64,000 nucleotides of DNA. Origin: an uncultured cyanobacterium. Lineage in GTDB: Bacteria; Cyanobacteriota; Cyanobacteriia; Cyanobacteriales; CAWCAG01. Positions within the stretch are counted from its first letter, which is position 1, and each line of letters opens with the position of its first letter. The notes below the pieces were generated by a model. It did not search any database. It was not told the origin of the DNA and was given only the letters and a program-made list of their open reading frames with translations. This document shows, one piece after another, positions 21,856 through 31,333 of the stretch. The translations under genes were made by a program, and so were the position numbers. The stretch lies in assembly GCA_963803805.1 (NCBI GenBank), contig CAWDOD010000010.1:224001-288000 (forward strand). Direction: 5' to 3'.

Positions 21856-21883
21856 GTAGAGACGCTCAAAAAAACGTCTCTAC
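21856..21883. repeat. REP-like palindrome, possible bidirectional terminator
   Basis: GTAGAGACG-N10-CGTCTCTAC between convergent genes. Confidence 0.75.
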
Positions 21884-21909
21884 AAAAATAATCTCTTAAG
21901 TTTATTAGC

Positions 21910-22071
21910 TTAGTTAAGTTTAAGATAATCGAGTTCAGCTTCAATCTGACGAATTAAAGTTTCATCACCGTTGGCACGAGCTACTTCTAGGCGACGTTGG
22001 ATATTTTTGCGCAGAGATTCGCGATAGTTACTAGCAGCTTGTTGGATATGTTCGCGACGTATGTTTTTCAT
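21910..22071 (-). CDS. pirA: PII-interacting regulator of arginine synthesis (PirA/Ssr0692-like), not in ORF track
   Basis: Hand translation MKNIRREHIQQAASNYRESLRKNIQRRLEVARANGDETLIRQIEAELDYLKLN (53 aa); RLEVARAxGDxxLIxxxEAE motif. Confidence 0.8.
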   Translation of the reverse strand: MKNIRREHIQQAASNYRESLRKNIQRRLEVARANGDETLIRQIEAELDYLKLN

Positions 22072-22142
22072 ATTGAGCAGTTTTCGATAATTGATTTAAT
22101 TTGACAACATTTACATTAATATTAGCATTTCCTTGAGAAAGT

Positions 22143-22156
22143 GTAACCAATTTGAC
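22143..22156. promoter_or_regulatory. Putative NtcA-binding site upstream of pirA
   Basis: tGTA-accaattt-GACa, one mismatch from GTA-N8-TAC; pirA is NtcA-regulated in Synechocystis. Confidence 0.5.
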
Positions 22157-22379
22157 AGAAAATTAATATTTTTTCTTTTTTGCTTTATGCAACAGGGTTT
22201 ATACTGATGATTGATTAAGTTTTTGTTAAAATTCAATTAATTATCTTCTATTTGTGCTAAGCACCTCTTTGAGGTGAAACCCCTAGTACTAAACCAACCA
22301 ACTAAGACTAAAGTTACTCTTAGTAGTTTTAATAATAAATATTCAATAATCAAGTGTAATCATTTTTAACAAACTAAAC

Positions 22380-23456
22380 TTGGAGGGCAGAGTGTCTTTT
22401 AAACGCAAGTTACTATCAATTGATGGAGGGGGTATTCGAGGAATAATTCCGGCTAAAATTCTCGTAGAGATTGAAAAACGCACCCAAAAAAGAATCTTTG
22501 AACTCTTTGATTTAATTGCGGGAACTTCTACAGGAGGTATTCTTGCTTTAGGACTAACTGTACCAAACCAAAAAAACGAACTAAAACCTCGTTACACCGC
22601 AGAAGATTTACTTAATCTTTATCGTCAAGAAAGCAAAAATATTTTCTATGAACCTCTCCTAGAAAAAATGACCAGTGTTGATGATTTAGTTAGGCCTAAA
22701 TATTCCTCTGTGGGTAGAGATGAAGTCTTAGGTCAATATTTCGGCAACACTCCTGTTAAAAAAGCCCTGACAGAAGTTTTAGTTCCTAGCTATGATATTG
22801 AACAAAGATTGCCAGTATTCTTCACCAGTGATACAGGAAAACAAGAAACTCGTTCCCCACTTTTTCGGAAAATTCGTGATGGTTTCACCATGAAACAAGC
22901 AGCTATGGCAACTTCTGCTGCCCCTACTTATTTTAAGCCCTACCGAGTTCCTACTACCCAAACTCGCAGTGGTTTTTATACCTTAGTTGATGGGGGAGTA
23001 TTTGCGAATAATCCTACTGCTTTAGCGACTATTGAAGCAATTACCGACTTAAGAAAAACATCTAATCATCTTAACATTAATTCCATCCTCGTTGTCTCCC
23101 TTGGTACTGGTTCTCTTACTCGCGAATATGCCTATGAACAAGCAGAAAATTGGGGTTTGTTAGGCTGGGTTAGACCTTTACTTAATATTACCTTAGATGG
23201 TTCTAGCGAATCTGTTGCAGTACAAATGGCTCAACTTTTGCCACCAGCTTATGATCAGCCTCAACAATACTATCGTTTCCAACAATTCCTCGGTGCTAGT
23301 AATGATGATTTGGATGACACTGGCAATTATAATATTCAAAAACTAGAAGCCTTAGCTGAGCAAACGATTGCCGAAAAAACGGAAGAAATAGATGGTTTGT
23401 GCCAGCAACTTTTAGAAGCAGTAAACAATAAGAAAAGTGCTAACTCTTTTAAGTGA
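22380..23456 (+). CDS. Patatin-like phospholipase
   Basis: DGGGIRG, GTSTG, SAAPTYF and DGGVFANNP motifs. Confidence 0.9.
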   Translation: MEGRVSFKRKLLSIDGGGIRGIIPAKILVEIEKRTQKRIFELFDLIAGTSTGGILALGLTVPNQKNELKPRYTAEDLLNLYRQESKNIFYEPLLEKMTSVDDLVRPKYSSVGRDEVLGQYFGNTPVKKALTEVLVPSYDIEQRLPVFFTSDTGKQETRSPLFRKIRDGFTMKQAAMATSAAPTYFKPYRVPTTQTRSGFYTLVDGGVFANNPTALATIEAITDLRKTSNHLNINSILVVSLGTGSLTREYAYEQAENWGLLGWVRPLLNITLDGSSESVAVQMAQLLPPAYDQPQQYYRFQQFLGASNDDLDDTGNYNIQKLEALAEQTIAEKTEEIDGLCQQLLEAVNNKKSANSFK

Positions 23457-24228
23457 TTTTGGTTATCAAGATGTTTATGTTGGGGTAATGAAAGGTGTGA
23501 TCGCTACTATAAATCCTCAATTAAAAGTAGTAGATTTGACCCACAAAATATCTCCTCAAAATATTGCTGCGGGCAGGTTTGCTCTAATGAATGCTTACCC
23601 TTACTTCCCTACTGGTACAGTTCATGTTGCTGTCGTAGATCCAGGGGTAGGAAGTCAACGACGAGGTGTGGCGATTCAAATTGAAGAAGGTTTTCTCGTG
23701 GGGCCAGATAATGGTTTATTTAGTGGTATTCTTGCTAAATCTCCTGGTATAGCGGCGGTAGAATTAACGAATTCCCAATATTGGCGAGTACCTTTTCCTA
23801 GCCATACTTTTCATGGCAGAGATATTTTTGCTCCTGTAGGGGCGCATTTGGCTAAGGGAGCTGCTTTAAAAGAGTTAGGTAAGGAAGTTGATATCAATAG
23901 TTTAGTGCAGCTACCCCTGCAAAGCTATAAAAGTATGCCGGGAAAAATTATTGGTTATATTCAATATATTGACCATTTTGGTAATCTAATCACCAATATT
24001 CCTAGTACTGAAGTTAAGGATAAATCTTGGTTAATAGTAATTGGTAATCAGCGAATTCCTCTTACCCAAACCTATAGCGATCGCCCTGTAGGAAAACTTG
24101 TTAGTTTAATTGGTAGTCATGGTTGGCTAGAAGTTGCTGTTAATGGTGGCAGTGCTAAGGAAGTTTTAGGATTAAACTGGGGGGACAATATTAAACTAAT
24201 GAGTAATAACGATTATTTGCTTCCTTGA
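23437..24228 (+). CDS. SAM hydroxide adenosyltransferase / chlorinase-fluorinase family (DUF62)
   Basis: LLSDFG, VVDPGVG, GPDNG, TFHGRDIFAP, IDHFGN. Confidence 0.9.
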   Translation: MLTLLSDFGYQDVYVGVMKGVIATINPQLKVVDLTHKISPQNIAAGRFALMNAYPYFPTGTVHVAVVDPGVGSQRRGVAIQIEEGFLVGPDNGLFSGILAKSPGIAAVELTNSQYWRVPFPSHTFHGRDIFAPVGAHLAKGAALKELGKEVDINSLVQLPLQSYKSMPGKIIGYIQYIDHFGNLITNIPSTEVKDKSWLIVIGNQRIPLTQTYSDRPVGKLVSLIGSHGWLEVAVNGGSAKEVLGLNWGDNIKLMSNNDYLLP

Positions 24229-24233
24229 ATTTT

Positions 24234-25007
24234 CTACTTTTTTACTCCTAAAAAGAAAGGTAATCTTTTCTCCAATCCTAGACGTATATCTTCATTTTCT
24301 TGGGCATATAAAGCAACCGAAGTTCCTCCATCTAAGTTAATAGCAGTTATTGCTTTACCAGAGAAGACATTTAAACAGAGAATATACTCTGCTAAATCAG
24401 TTAGGGAATATAACTCTGTGGTTGCCAGAAAAAATACTTCTCCTGTTTCAGTTATACCTAAAACAGAGCGAAGATATTCTCCATCACCATTTAAGGAATT
24501 GTGGATATAATCTTTTTGAATTTGGTTATTTTTTAAAATAAGTGGCCCAGTTTGGAATTTAGTTGTTTGATCACTATTAGTCTTGTAGGTAGAACTAGGA
24601 TAGATATTAATTGTTTCTCCGATTTCTACAATATGAGTAACTTGAACATCATTAGGTACTATAGGCGCAATAAGTTCTCCCTTAATTTCCAAAAGTCCTG
24701 AGTGATTATAATCACTATGAAAATATCCTGCATTAATGGCAGTATTTAATTCATTAGTTTGGATAACTTCTTGGAAATTCTGTAAGTTCTGCCAATCTTC
24801 TTGGATATAAAGCTTCAACTCTACCTCGTTGAGGTAAAATAAAGACAAATAGATTCCATCTTCTTTATAAACATAAGTTTGAATGTCTCTTGGTGTCTGG
24901 AAGTTAGTATCTAAATTAATTTGAGATTGAGCCAAAATAGAAGGGAGTCCTCCCGATAAAAGCATTCCTAAACAGACAACAAAAAAGATAACAATATATT
25001 TTTTCAT
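24234..25007 (-). CDS. Phosphodiester glycosidase (NAGPA-like) family exported protein
   Basis: Signal peptide; AINAGYF, QTGPLI, RSVLGI and NLDGGTS motifs. Confidence 0.75.
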   Translation of the reverse strand: MKKYIVIFFVVCLGMLLSGGLPSILAQSQINLDTNFQTPRDIQTYVYKEDGIYLSLFYLNEVELKLYIQEDWQNLQNFQEVIQTNELNTAINAGYFHSDYNHSGLLEIKGELIAPIVPNDVQVTHIVEIGETINIYPSSTYKTNSDQTTKFQTGPLILKNNQIQKDYIHNSLNGDGEYLRSVLGITETGEVFFLATTELYSLTDLAEYILCLNVFSGKAITAINLDGGTSVALYAQENEDIRLGLEKRLPFFLGVKK

Positions 25008-25062
25008 GGCCGACTCTATAAACTATAGTGATTTTATTTGAGGTATTAATAGAAATGACATC

Positions 25063-25407
25063 TTATCTTGCTTTATTATTAATTTGGCATCTAAGCTTAG
25101 GTTGCCATTGATATTGGCGAAGATTAATTTTAGCTTCAGCATTAAATTCAATTCCTTCTTTTTCCAATAAATCCTTCTGTAAATAATCTCCACCTCGGCG
25201 CAAATTGGAATAGGAAATCTCACCTTTAGCATTAATTACCCGATGCCAAGGAATATCGTCAGCAACGGTATCTACTCGAAATAAGGCATATCCTACCAAA
25301 CGTGCTTTACCATAAAGTCCTGCTAAATCTGCTATTTGTCCGTAGGTAGCAACTTTACCAGCCGGAATTTGACGAACAGTTTCGTAAATAAGGTCATAGG
25401 TAGTCAT
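25063..25407 (-). CDS. Alkyltransferase-like (ATL, MGMT family) protein
   Basis: GKVATYGQIA and PWHRV (Trp in place of the catalytic Cys). Confidence 0.88.
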   Translation of the reverse strand: MTTYDLIYETVRQIPAGKVATYGQIADLAGLYGKARLVGYALFRVDTVADDIPWHRVINAKGEISYSNLRRGGDYLQKDLLEKEGIEFNAEAKINLRQYQWQPKLRCQINNKAR

Positions 25408-25425
25408 GTTAAGGTTGTTTGCTAA

Positions 25426-27837
25426 TTAATACGGCCATTTCCAGTTAACTATTTCTGGTTTATCTATACCATATTCGTGAACGTAGGTGAGATTATCAAT
25501 AATTTCATTTCTCATTCTTTCTCGAACATAAGCTGCACGGGAACCCAATTTAGGGACGCGATCAATCACGTCAATTACTAAGTTAAAGCGGTCTATTTCG
25601 TTAACAATTGCCAATTCCAAGGGCGTATTAATATTACCTTCTTCCTTATAACCTCTAACATGAATTCTTTCTTGATTGGTACGACGGTAAGCTAATTTGT
25701 GAATCAACCAAGGATAGCCATGAAAATTAAATATAATAGGTTTATCAAGGGTGAAAAGAATGTCAAACTCTTTGTTAGATAAACCATGAGAATGTTCAGT
25801 TTCTGACTGTAGTTTATACAAATCAACTACATTAATAAACCTCACTTTTAGTTGAGGAAACTCTTCTCGTAAAATTGCTGTAGCGGCTAAAGATTCCATG
25901 GTGGGAATATCCCCACAACAAGCCATAATCACATCAGGTTCATCTGCTGCTTTACCACAGTCATCATTACTTGCCCATTCCCAAATACTAATACCTTTAC
26001 TACAATGCTTAATTGCTTCATCTATAGTTAGGTATTGTAGGTGTAGTTGTTTATCTGCCACAATTACATTTACATAATCTTTACTCCGTAAACAATGATC
26101 AGCAACAGAAAGCAAACAATTAGCATCAGGGGGAAAATAAATGCGAGTTACATCAGCACTTTTATTAGTAACTAAGTCGATAAAACCAGGATCTTGATGG
26201 GAAAAACCATTGTGATCTTGTCGCCAAACCAGAGAAGAAAGTAAAATATTTAAAGAAGAAACAGGAGCGCGCCAAGGAACGTGATTTTTGCAAATATCTA
26301 ACCATTTAGCGTGTTGGTTAAACATAGAGTCAATAACATGAACAAAGGCTTCATAGGTATGGAAAAGTCCATGTCTTCCTGTTAGTAAATAACCTTCTAG
26401 CCAGCCCTCTAAAGTATGTTCACTTAACATCTCCATTACCCTACCGTCAGGAGATAACATTCCTCCATCTTCATCTTCTGGTAAATAATCTGCCAGCCAA
26501 GTTTTCTTAGTTACGTTATAGATATCTGCGAGGCGATTGGAAGCAGTTTCATCAGGGCCAAAAACACGAAAGTTGTGCATATTTTGCCTCATTACTTCCT
26601 GTAAAAACTTTCCTAAAACCCTAGTATTTTCTACTTCTAAACTACCTGGTTTTTCTATCTCCACGGCAAAATCTTGGAAGTGGGGTAATCTTAAGGCTTT
26701 CCGTAACAAACCCCCATTAGCGGCTGGATTAGCACTCATACGTTTAATCCCCACAGGGGCTAATTCTTTTAACTCCGGGATTAAAGTACCATTTTCATTA
26801 AATAACTCCTCTGGTTGGTAACTCTTCATCCACTCTTCTAGAAGTTTGACGTGTTCAGGATTAGAGTGCATTGCACCCATGGGAACTTGATGAGATTGCC
26901 AATAACCTTCTACTTTATGACCATCTACTTCTTTTGGCCCAGTCCAACCTTTAGGACTACGCAAAATAATCATCGGCCAACGGGGACGAAAGGCTCTATT
27001 TTCGCTACGGGCTTCTGCTTGGATTTCCCGAATTTTAACAATGCACTCTTCCATTGTGGCTGCCATTTTTTTGTGCATCAATTCAGGGTCTGAACCTTCT
27101 ACAATATAAGGGGTGTAGCCATAGCCTTTAAATAAGTTTTCTAGTTCTTCTGGGCTAATACGAGCGAGGATGGTAGGATTAGCAATCTTATAACCATTCA
27201 GGTTCAAAATCGGCAACACAGCCCCATCACGGAGGGGATTGAGGAATTTGTTAGAATGCCAAGCGGTTGCTAATGCCCCTGTTTCTGCTTCCCCATCCCC
27301 TACCACACAAGCAGCAATCAATTCAGGATTGTCGTATACAGCACCGTAAGCATGGGAAATGCTGTAACCTAATTCTCCTCCTTCATGTATCGAACCAGGA
27401 GTTTCCGGTGTGCAATGACTGCCAATATAACCCGGAAAAGAGAATTGCTTAAAGAACTTCTGCATTCCTTCTGCATCTTCACTCTTGTCAGGATATATTT
27501 CTGAATAAGTCCCTTCTAAATAAACTGGCGCTAATACTCCGGGCGCGCCATGGCCTGGCCCCGCTATAAATATCGCGTTTAAATCGTATTTTTTAATTAA
27601 CCGATTAAGATGAACATAAATAAAGCTAAGGGCAGGAGAAGAACCCCAATGTCCCAGTAAACGTCGCTTGATATGTTCAGGTTTTAAAGGTTGTTTAAGT
27701 AAAGGATTATCTCGTAAGTAAATCATACCAATGGCAAGATAATTACAAGCACGCCAATAAGCATCAATTTTACTTAATTCTTCAGAACTTAAAGCATATC
27801 TTAAGGGATTTACTTGGGAAGATGAAGCTTGAACCAT
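25426..27837 (-). CDS. xfp: Phosphoketolase (XFP family)
   Basis: [40 protein letters not shown]. Confidence 0.95.
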   Translation of the reverse strand: MVQASSSQVNPLRYALSSEELSKIDAYWRACNYLAIGMIYLRDNPLLKQPLKPEHIKRRLLGHWGSSPALSFIYVHLNRLIKKYDLNAIFIAGPGHGAPGVLAPVYLEGTYSEIYPDKSEDAEGMQKFFKQFSFPGYIGSHCTPETPGSIHEGGELGYSISHAYGAVYDNPELIAACVVGDGEAETGALATAWHSNKFLNPLRDGAVLPILNLNGYKIANPTILARISPEELENLFKGYGYTPYIVEGSDPELMHKKMAATMEECIVKIREIQAEARSENRAFRPRWPMIILRSPKGWTGPKEVDGHKVEGYWQSHQVPMGAMHSNPEHVKLLEEWMKSYQPEELFNENGTLIPELKELAPVGIKRMSANPAANGGLLRKALRLPHFQDFAVEIEKPGSLEVENTRVLGKFLQEVMRQNMHNFRVFGPDETASNRLADIYNVTKKTWLADYLPEDEDGGMLSPDGRVMEMLSEHTLEGWLEGYLLTGRHGLFHTYEAFVHVIDSMFNQHAKWLDICKNHVPWRAPVSSLNILLSSLVWRQDHNGFSHQDPGFIDLVTNKSADVTRIYFPPDANCLLSVADHCLRSKDYVNVIVADKQLHLQYLTIDEAIKHCSKGISIWEWASNDDCGKAADEPDVIMACCGDIPTMESLAATAILREEFPQLKVRFINVVDLYKLQSETEHSHGLSNKEFDILFTLDKPIIFNFHGYPWLIHKLAYRRTNQERIHVRGYKEEGNINTPLELAIVNEIDRFNLVIDVIDRVPKLGSRAAYVRERMRNEIIDNLTYVHEYGIDKPEIVNWKWPY

Positions 27838-28181
27838 GATTTGTTTACTTGCTCCTAATAAATACTAAGTTTTAAAAGCCTGAGTAAGCTGGGTGCTTGG
27901 TTTTTCAGCTATTAGGGTACACTTTTGCAACTAAGGCTACAATTAAGAAATGATGGGCAAGATTGTTACTAAGGAAATGATCTGAACTGAAAGTTACCGC
28001 AAAAACTATATCATAACAGTTCAAACAAAAATTCCTTCTAAAGTTTAATGAAAGACCTAATACTGACAAGAATTCTCAATCATAAATTATGGCTTTTTTT
28101 AATAAATAATATTAATCTTATTTTAGTCAAGGTCAATAAAGAGATAGATTGAAACAGAAGAGTTATTGCGGGCAAAGAATA

Positions 28182-29303
28182 ATGAAAAGTGCATCTATTC
28201 TCCTGTTTACTATCGCCATTCCGATCATTTTTAGCTCCGCCGTCAGTTTTGCTCAAAATAGTGCAGAAACCACAGATTTAGAACCGTTGCAAACATCAGA
28301 AAGTTTAAACCATGGTGTGCAAACAGAAGCTAAATTTTTAGAAGTCCCAGAAGAAGAGATAATTCCTAAACCTCTCCCTTCCCTTAATCTTGTCCAAACT
28401 TCCACCCCAGAAACAACAACCTCAGAATCAACCTGTTAATCAAGGCATTTACGGTTCCCTGAGTGGGGATTGGCGATTTTTTAACTCTGTTGACTTCACA
28501 GGAGTTAACATCCCGACTATCGGTGCAATAGACCCCATAGAAGCAGAATTTGATTCGGGCTTCGGCATCAATGGTTCTCTTGGTTACAAGTTTCCTAATC
28601 ATATTCGCTTAGAAGGTCAAATTTCCTATGGACGCAACGAAGTAGGTGATGTGGATTTACCAGGCATTCCTGCTGCTTTTGGCACTCCGATAACTACCCT
28701 GACTATTACTCCTGGCACTATAATTCCTGCTGGAACAACTATCGGGCCTATTACTGTTCCGACTGATATTAATATTGGAGGAGGAGTTATTCTCAATCCT
28801 GGCACTCCCCCAACTCTAGCTCAAGATGTTACCATCATTGGGATAACCGTTCCGCCGGAACACCTATTCCTCCAGGAATTCCGACAACAACTGATACAAT
28901 AACACCCCTCATCCGTCCAGAAATTCCTGCTACTACAGCTAATGCTAGCGGTAGCATCTCCACTCTTTCAGGCTTAGTCAACCTTTATTATGACTTTGAT
29001 ACTCAATCAAACTGGGAACCTTATATCGGGGGCGGCATCGGCGTTTCTCTTTTCTCTGCCCATGATTTGAGTATCAGCTATCCCGGTACAACTTTCACTG
29101 CTACAGTTGATGATTCTACTTTAGGATTTGTTTATCAGTTGATGGCTGGAGTTGGCTATTATTTTAATCCTCAAACTGCTGTTACCTTGGGCTATCGTTA
29201 TTTTAATACTTTCAATACTTCTTTCGATACGCCATTAGGAGAAGTTAATTTAGAAGGAGTTGGAATTCATAATCTTGAGGTGGGAGTGCGCTATTTCTTT
29301 TAA
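28182..29303 (+). pseudogene. Outer-membrane beta-barrel protein split by two frameshifts (pseudogene or assembly error)
   Basis: Signal peptide in frame 1, GFGINGSLGYKF..RLEGQISY in frame 2, LVNLYYDF..PYIGGGIG..YQLMAGVGY..LGYRYF..VRYFF in frame 3; shifts near 28400-28435 and 28852-28858. Confidence 0.75.
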
Positions 29304-29347
29304 AATAGTCAATAGTTAATTGCCAAGACATAAACCGTTTATTGCCG

Positions 29348-29992
29348 ATGAAACTTTTTACTATTGGGCATTCAAATCATTCCATTGAGACATTTATTAC
29401 TCTGCTGCAAAAACATAATATTACAGCAGTAGCTGATGTTCGCTCTCATCCTTATAGCAAATATTTACCTCATTTCAATCAAACACTCCTGAAAAAATCC
29501 TTAATTAAAGTGGGAATTAACTACGTATTTTTAGGAAGTGAATTAGGAGCAAGAGCCAATAATCTTAAGTGTTATGTTGATGGCAAAGCTATATACGAGA
29601 AAATTGCTTCTACTGAAGAGTTTAGGGAAGGTATTGAACGGATATTAAAAGGAGTAAAAAATCATCATATTGCTCTTATGTGTGCAGAAAAAGATCCCCT
29701 TACTTGCCATCGAGCAATTTTGATTTGTCCTTACTTACAAGTGGATGATTTGGAGATTAACCATATACTAAAAGACGGTGATTTAGAATGTCATAATCAT
29801 CTTGAAGAAAGACTTTTAGCATTGCATAATCTCAAACAACCGCAACAAATGCAACTATTTTTATTTGATAACCTCTTATCGTCTCAATCGTTAATGAACA
29901 ACTATTCTAGGGAAGAATCTTTACAAAAAGCCTATAAACTTCAAGGGGAAAGTATCGCTTATGTGGAGAAAAAACAGCAAGAAGATGAATAA
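29348..29992 (+). CDS. DUF488 family protein (long form)
   Basis: FTIGHSNH, DVRSHPYS, ELGAR, LMCAEKDPLTCHR. Confidence 0.88.
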   Translation: MKLFTIGHSNHSIETFITLLQKHNITAVADVRSHPYSKYLPHFNQTLLKKSLIKVGINYVFLGSELGARANNLKCYVDGKAIYEKIASTEEFREGIERILKGVKNHHIALMCAEKDPLTCHRAILICPYLQVDDLEINHILKDGDLECHNHLEERLLALHNLKQPQQMQLFLFDNLLSSQSLMNNYSREESLQKAYKLQGESIAYVEKKQQEDE

Positions 29993-30431
29993 AACAATTA
30001 ATCTCTATACAATTGGTTTTACGAAAAAGACTGCTCAACAGTTTTTTGAAACTTTAGTCAATAACGGAGTCAAAAGAGTTATTGATATTAGGCTCAATAA
30101 TGTTTCGCAATTAGCAGGATTTGCTAAACGTACTGACTTAGAATACTTTTTGCAGACAATAAGTGAGATTAAATATGACCATATTTTAGATTTAGCACCT
30201 ACTAAGGATATTTTGAATGATTATAAAAAAAAGCAAGTAAATTGGGAAACTTACGAACAAAAATTTTTGCACCTGATTAGCGATCGCCAAATCGAAAAAA
30301 AAGTTTCACGAGAACATTTAGAGAGCAGTTGTTTGTTATGTAGTGAAGCAAAACCTCATCATTGTCATCGTCGTTTAGTGGCAGAATACTTAAATGAAAA
30401 ACTAGGAAATATCAGCATACTTCATCTCTAA
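29985..30431 (+). CDS. DUF488 family protein (short form)
   Basis: YTIGFTKK, DIRLNNVSQLAGFAK, LAPT, LLCSEAKPHHCHRRLVAE; ATG overlaps the upstream gene end by 8 nt. Confidence 0.88.
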   Translation: MNKTINLYTIGFTKKTAQQFFETLVNNGVKRVIDIRLNNVSQLAGFAKRTDLEYFLQTISEIKYDHILDLAPTKDILNDYKKKQVNWETYEQKFLHLISDRQIEKKVSREHLESSCLLCSEAKPHHCHRRLVAEYLNEKLGNISILHL

Positions 30432-30499
30432 GCCAAAGCAAAAATCAAATAAGTTCATGTAATCACTATCTCAAATCAAGAGAAAATCTTTAATGATAA

Positions 30500-31315
30500 A
30501 TGAAAATTGTTTGTCTTGCTAACTCCTGGAAACGTGGTGAGCGGTGCATTGCTGGTATTAATCAAAATACTAAAAAATGGATTCGCCCTGTCTACCCCTT
30601 ATATCCTCAAGATGGTAGAATTCCTAAAGATATAAGATTGATACAAAGAAGAGAACCTACTTTACTAGATATTTTAGATATTCCTTTAGAAAAAAATGGG
30701 CTTAACTTCGGTTTTGAAAGTGAAAATGTCACAATCGCTGCGGGAAAATGGCGAAGATTAGGAGAAGTTCAACCTACAGATTTGCTTGAATATTGCCATA
30801 ATTACAATTACATTCTTCATAACTCAGAAAGGTATGTTACCGTACCTTATTTAAAATCATTACCTTTGTCAGAAAGACGTACTTTAGAGTTCGTCTATGC
30901 CACCAAGTTATCTGTACATGGTATACCCACAGGAGAAGGAATAAAATGGAGAGGTACACTTACAACTGAGACAGGATTGCGACTAATTAATGCTAGTATA
31001 ACCGACCCTGTATTTGTACAAAAACTCAGTTACGGTTATCGTCCTCAGCATCCTTGTTTAGTAACTGTAAGCTTAAGTATGCCCTATCGTTTTGAAGATT
31101 GGGAAGAAGATGATCCTTGTTGGAAACTCATTGCTGGAGTGATAGAATTATTTGAGTATGATTTAATTTTAGTAGAGATGAAACGAGTTGGTTGGAGTAT
31201 AGAACAAGGACGCTCTTATTTAAAAAGAAATTATCAAAAATGTTCTCGCCAACAATTAAGTAACCAGGAAATAGAAGAATTTTTGAATTATCTTAAATCT
31301 TTACCTAGCCTTTAA
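30500..31315 (+). CDS. Dual OB-fold domain protein with extra C-terminal helical domain
   Basis: IVCLANSWKRGERCIAGI..WIRPV, ITDP, TVSLSMP..CWKLIAGVI. Confidence 0.75.
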   Translation: MKIVCLANSWKRGERCIAGINQNTKKWIRPVYPLYPQDGRIPKDIRLIQRREPTLLDILDIPLEKNGLNFGFESENVTIAAGKWRRLGEVQPTDLLEYCHNYNYILHNSERYVTVPYLKSLPLSERRTLEFVYATKLSVHGIPTGEGIKWRGTLTTETGLRLINASITDPVFVQKLSYGYRPQHPCLVTVSLSMPYRFEDWEEDDPCWKLIAGVIELFEYDLILVEMKRVGWSIEQGRSYLKRNYQKCSRQQLSNQEIEEFLNYLKSLPSL

Positions 31316-31333
31316 TATTTAAAATGGCTTTTT

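Noticed and set aside
22380-23456. Patatin as a CBASS CapV effector
   Set aside because: No CD-NTase or other CBASS gene nearby.
25063-25407. Active O6-methylguanine methyltransferase
   Set aside because: PWHRV replaces the catalytic PCHRV, the known signature of non-catalytic ATL proteins.
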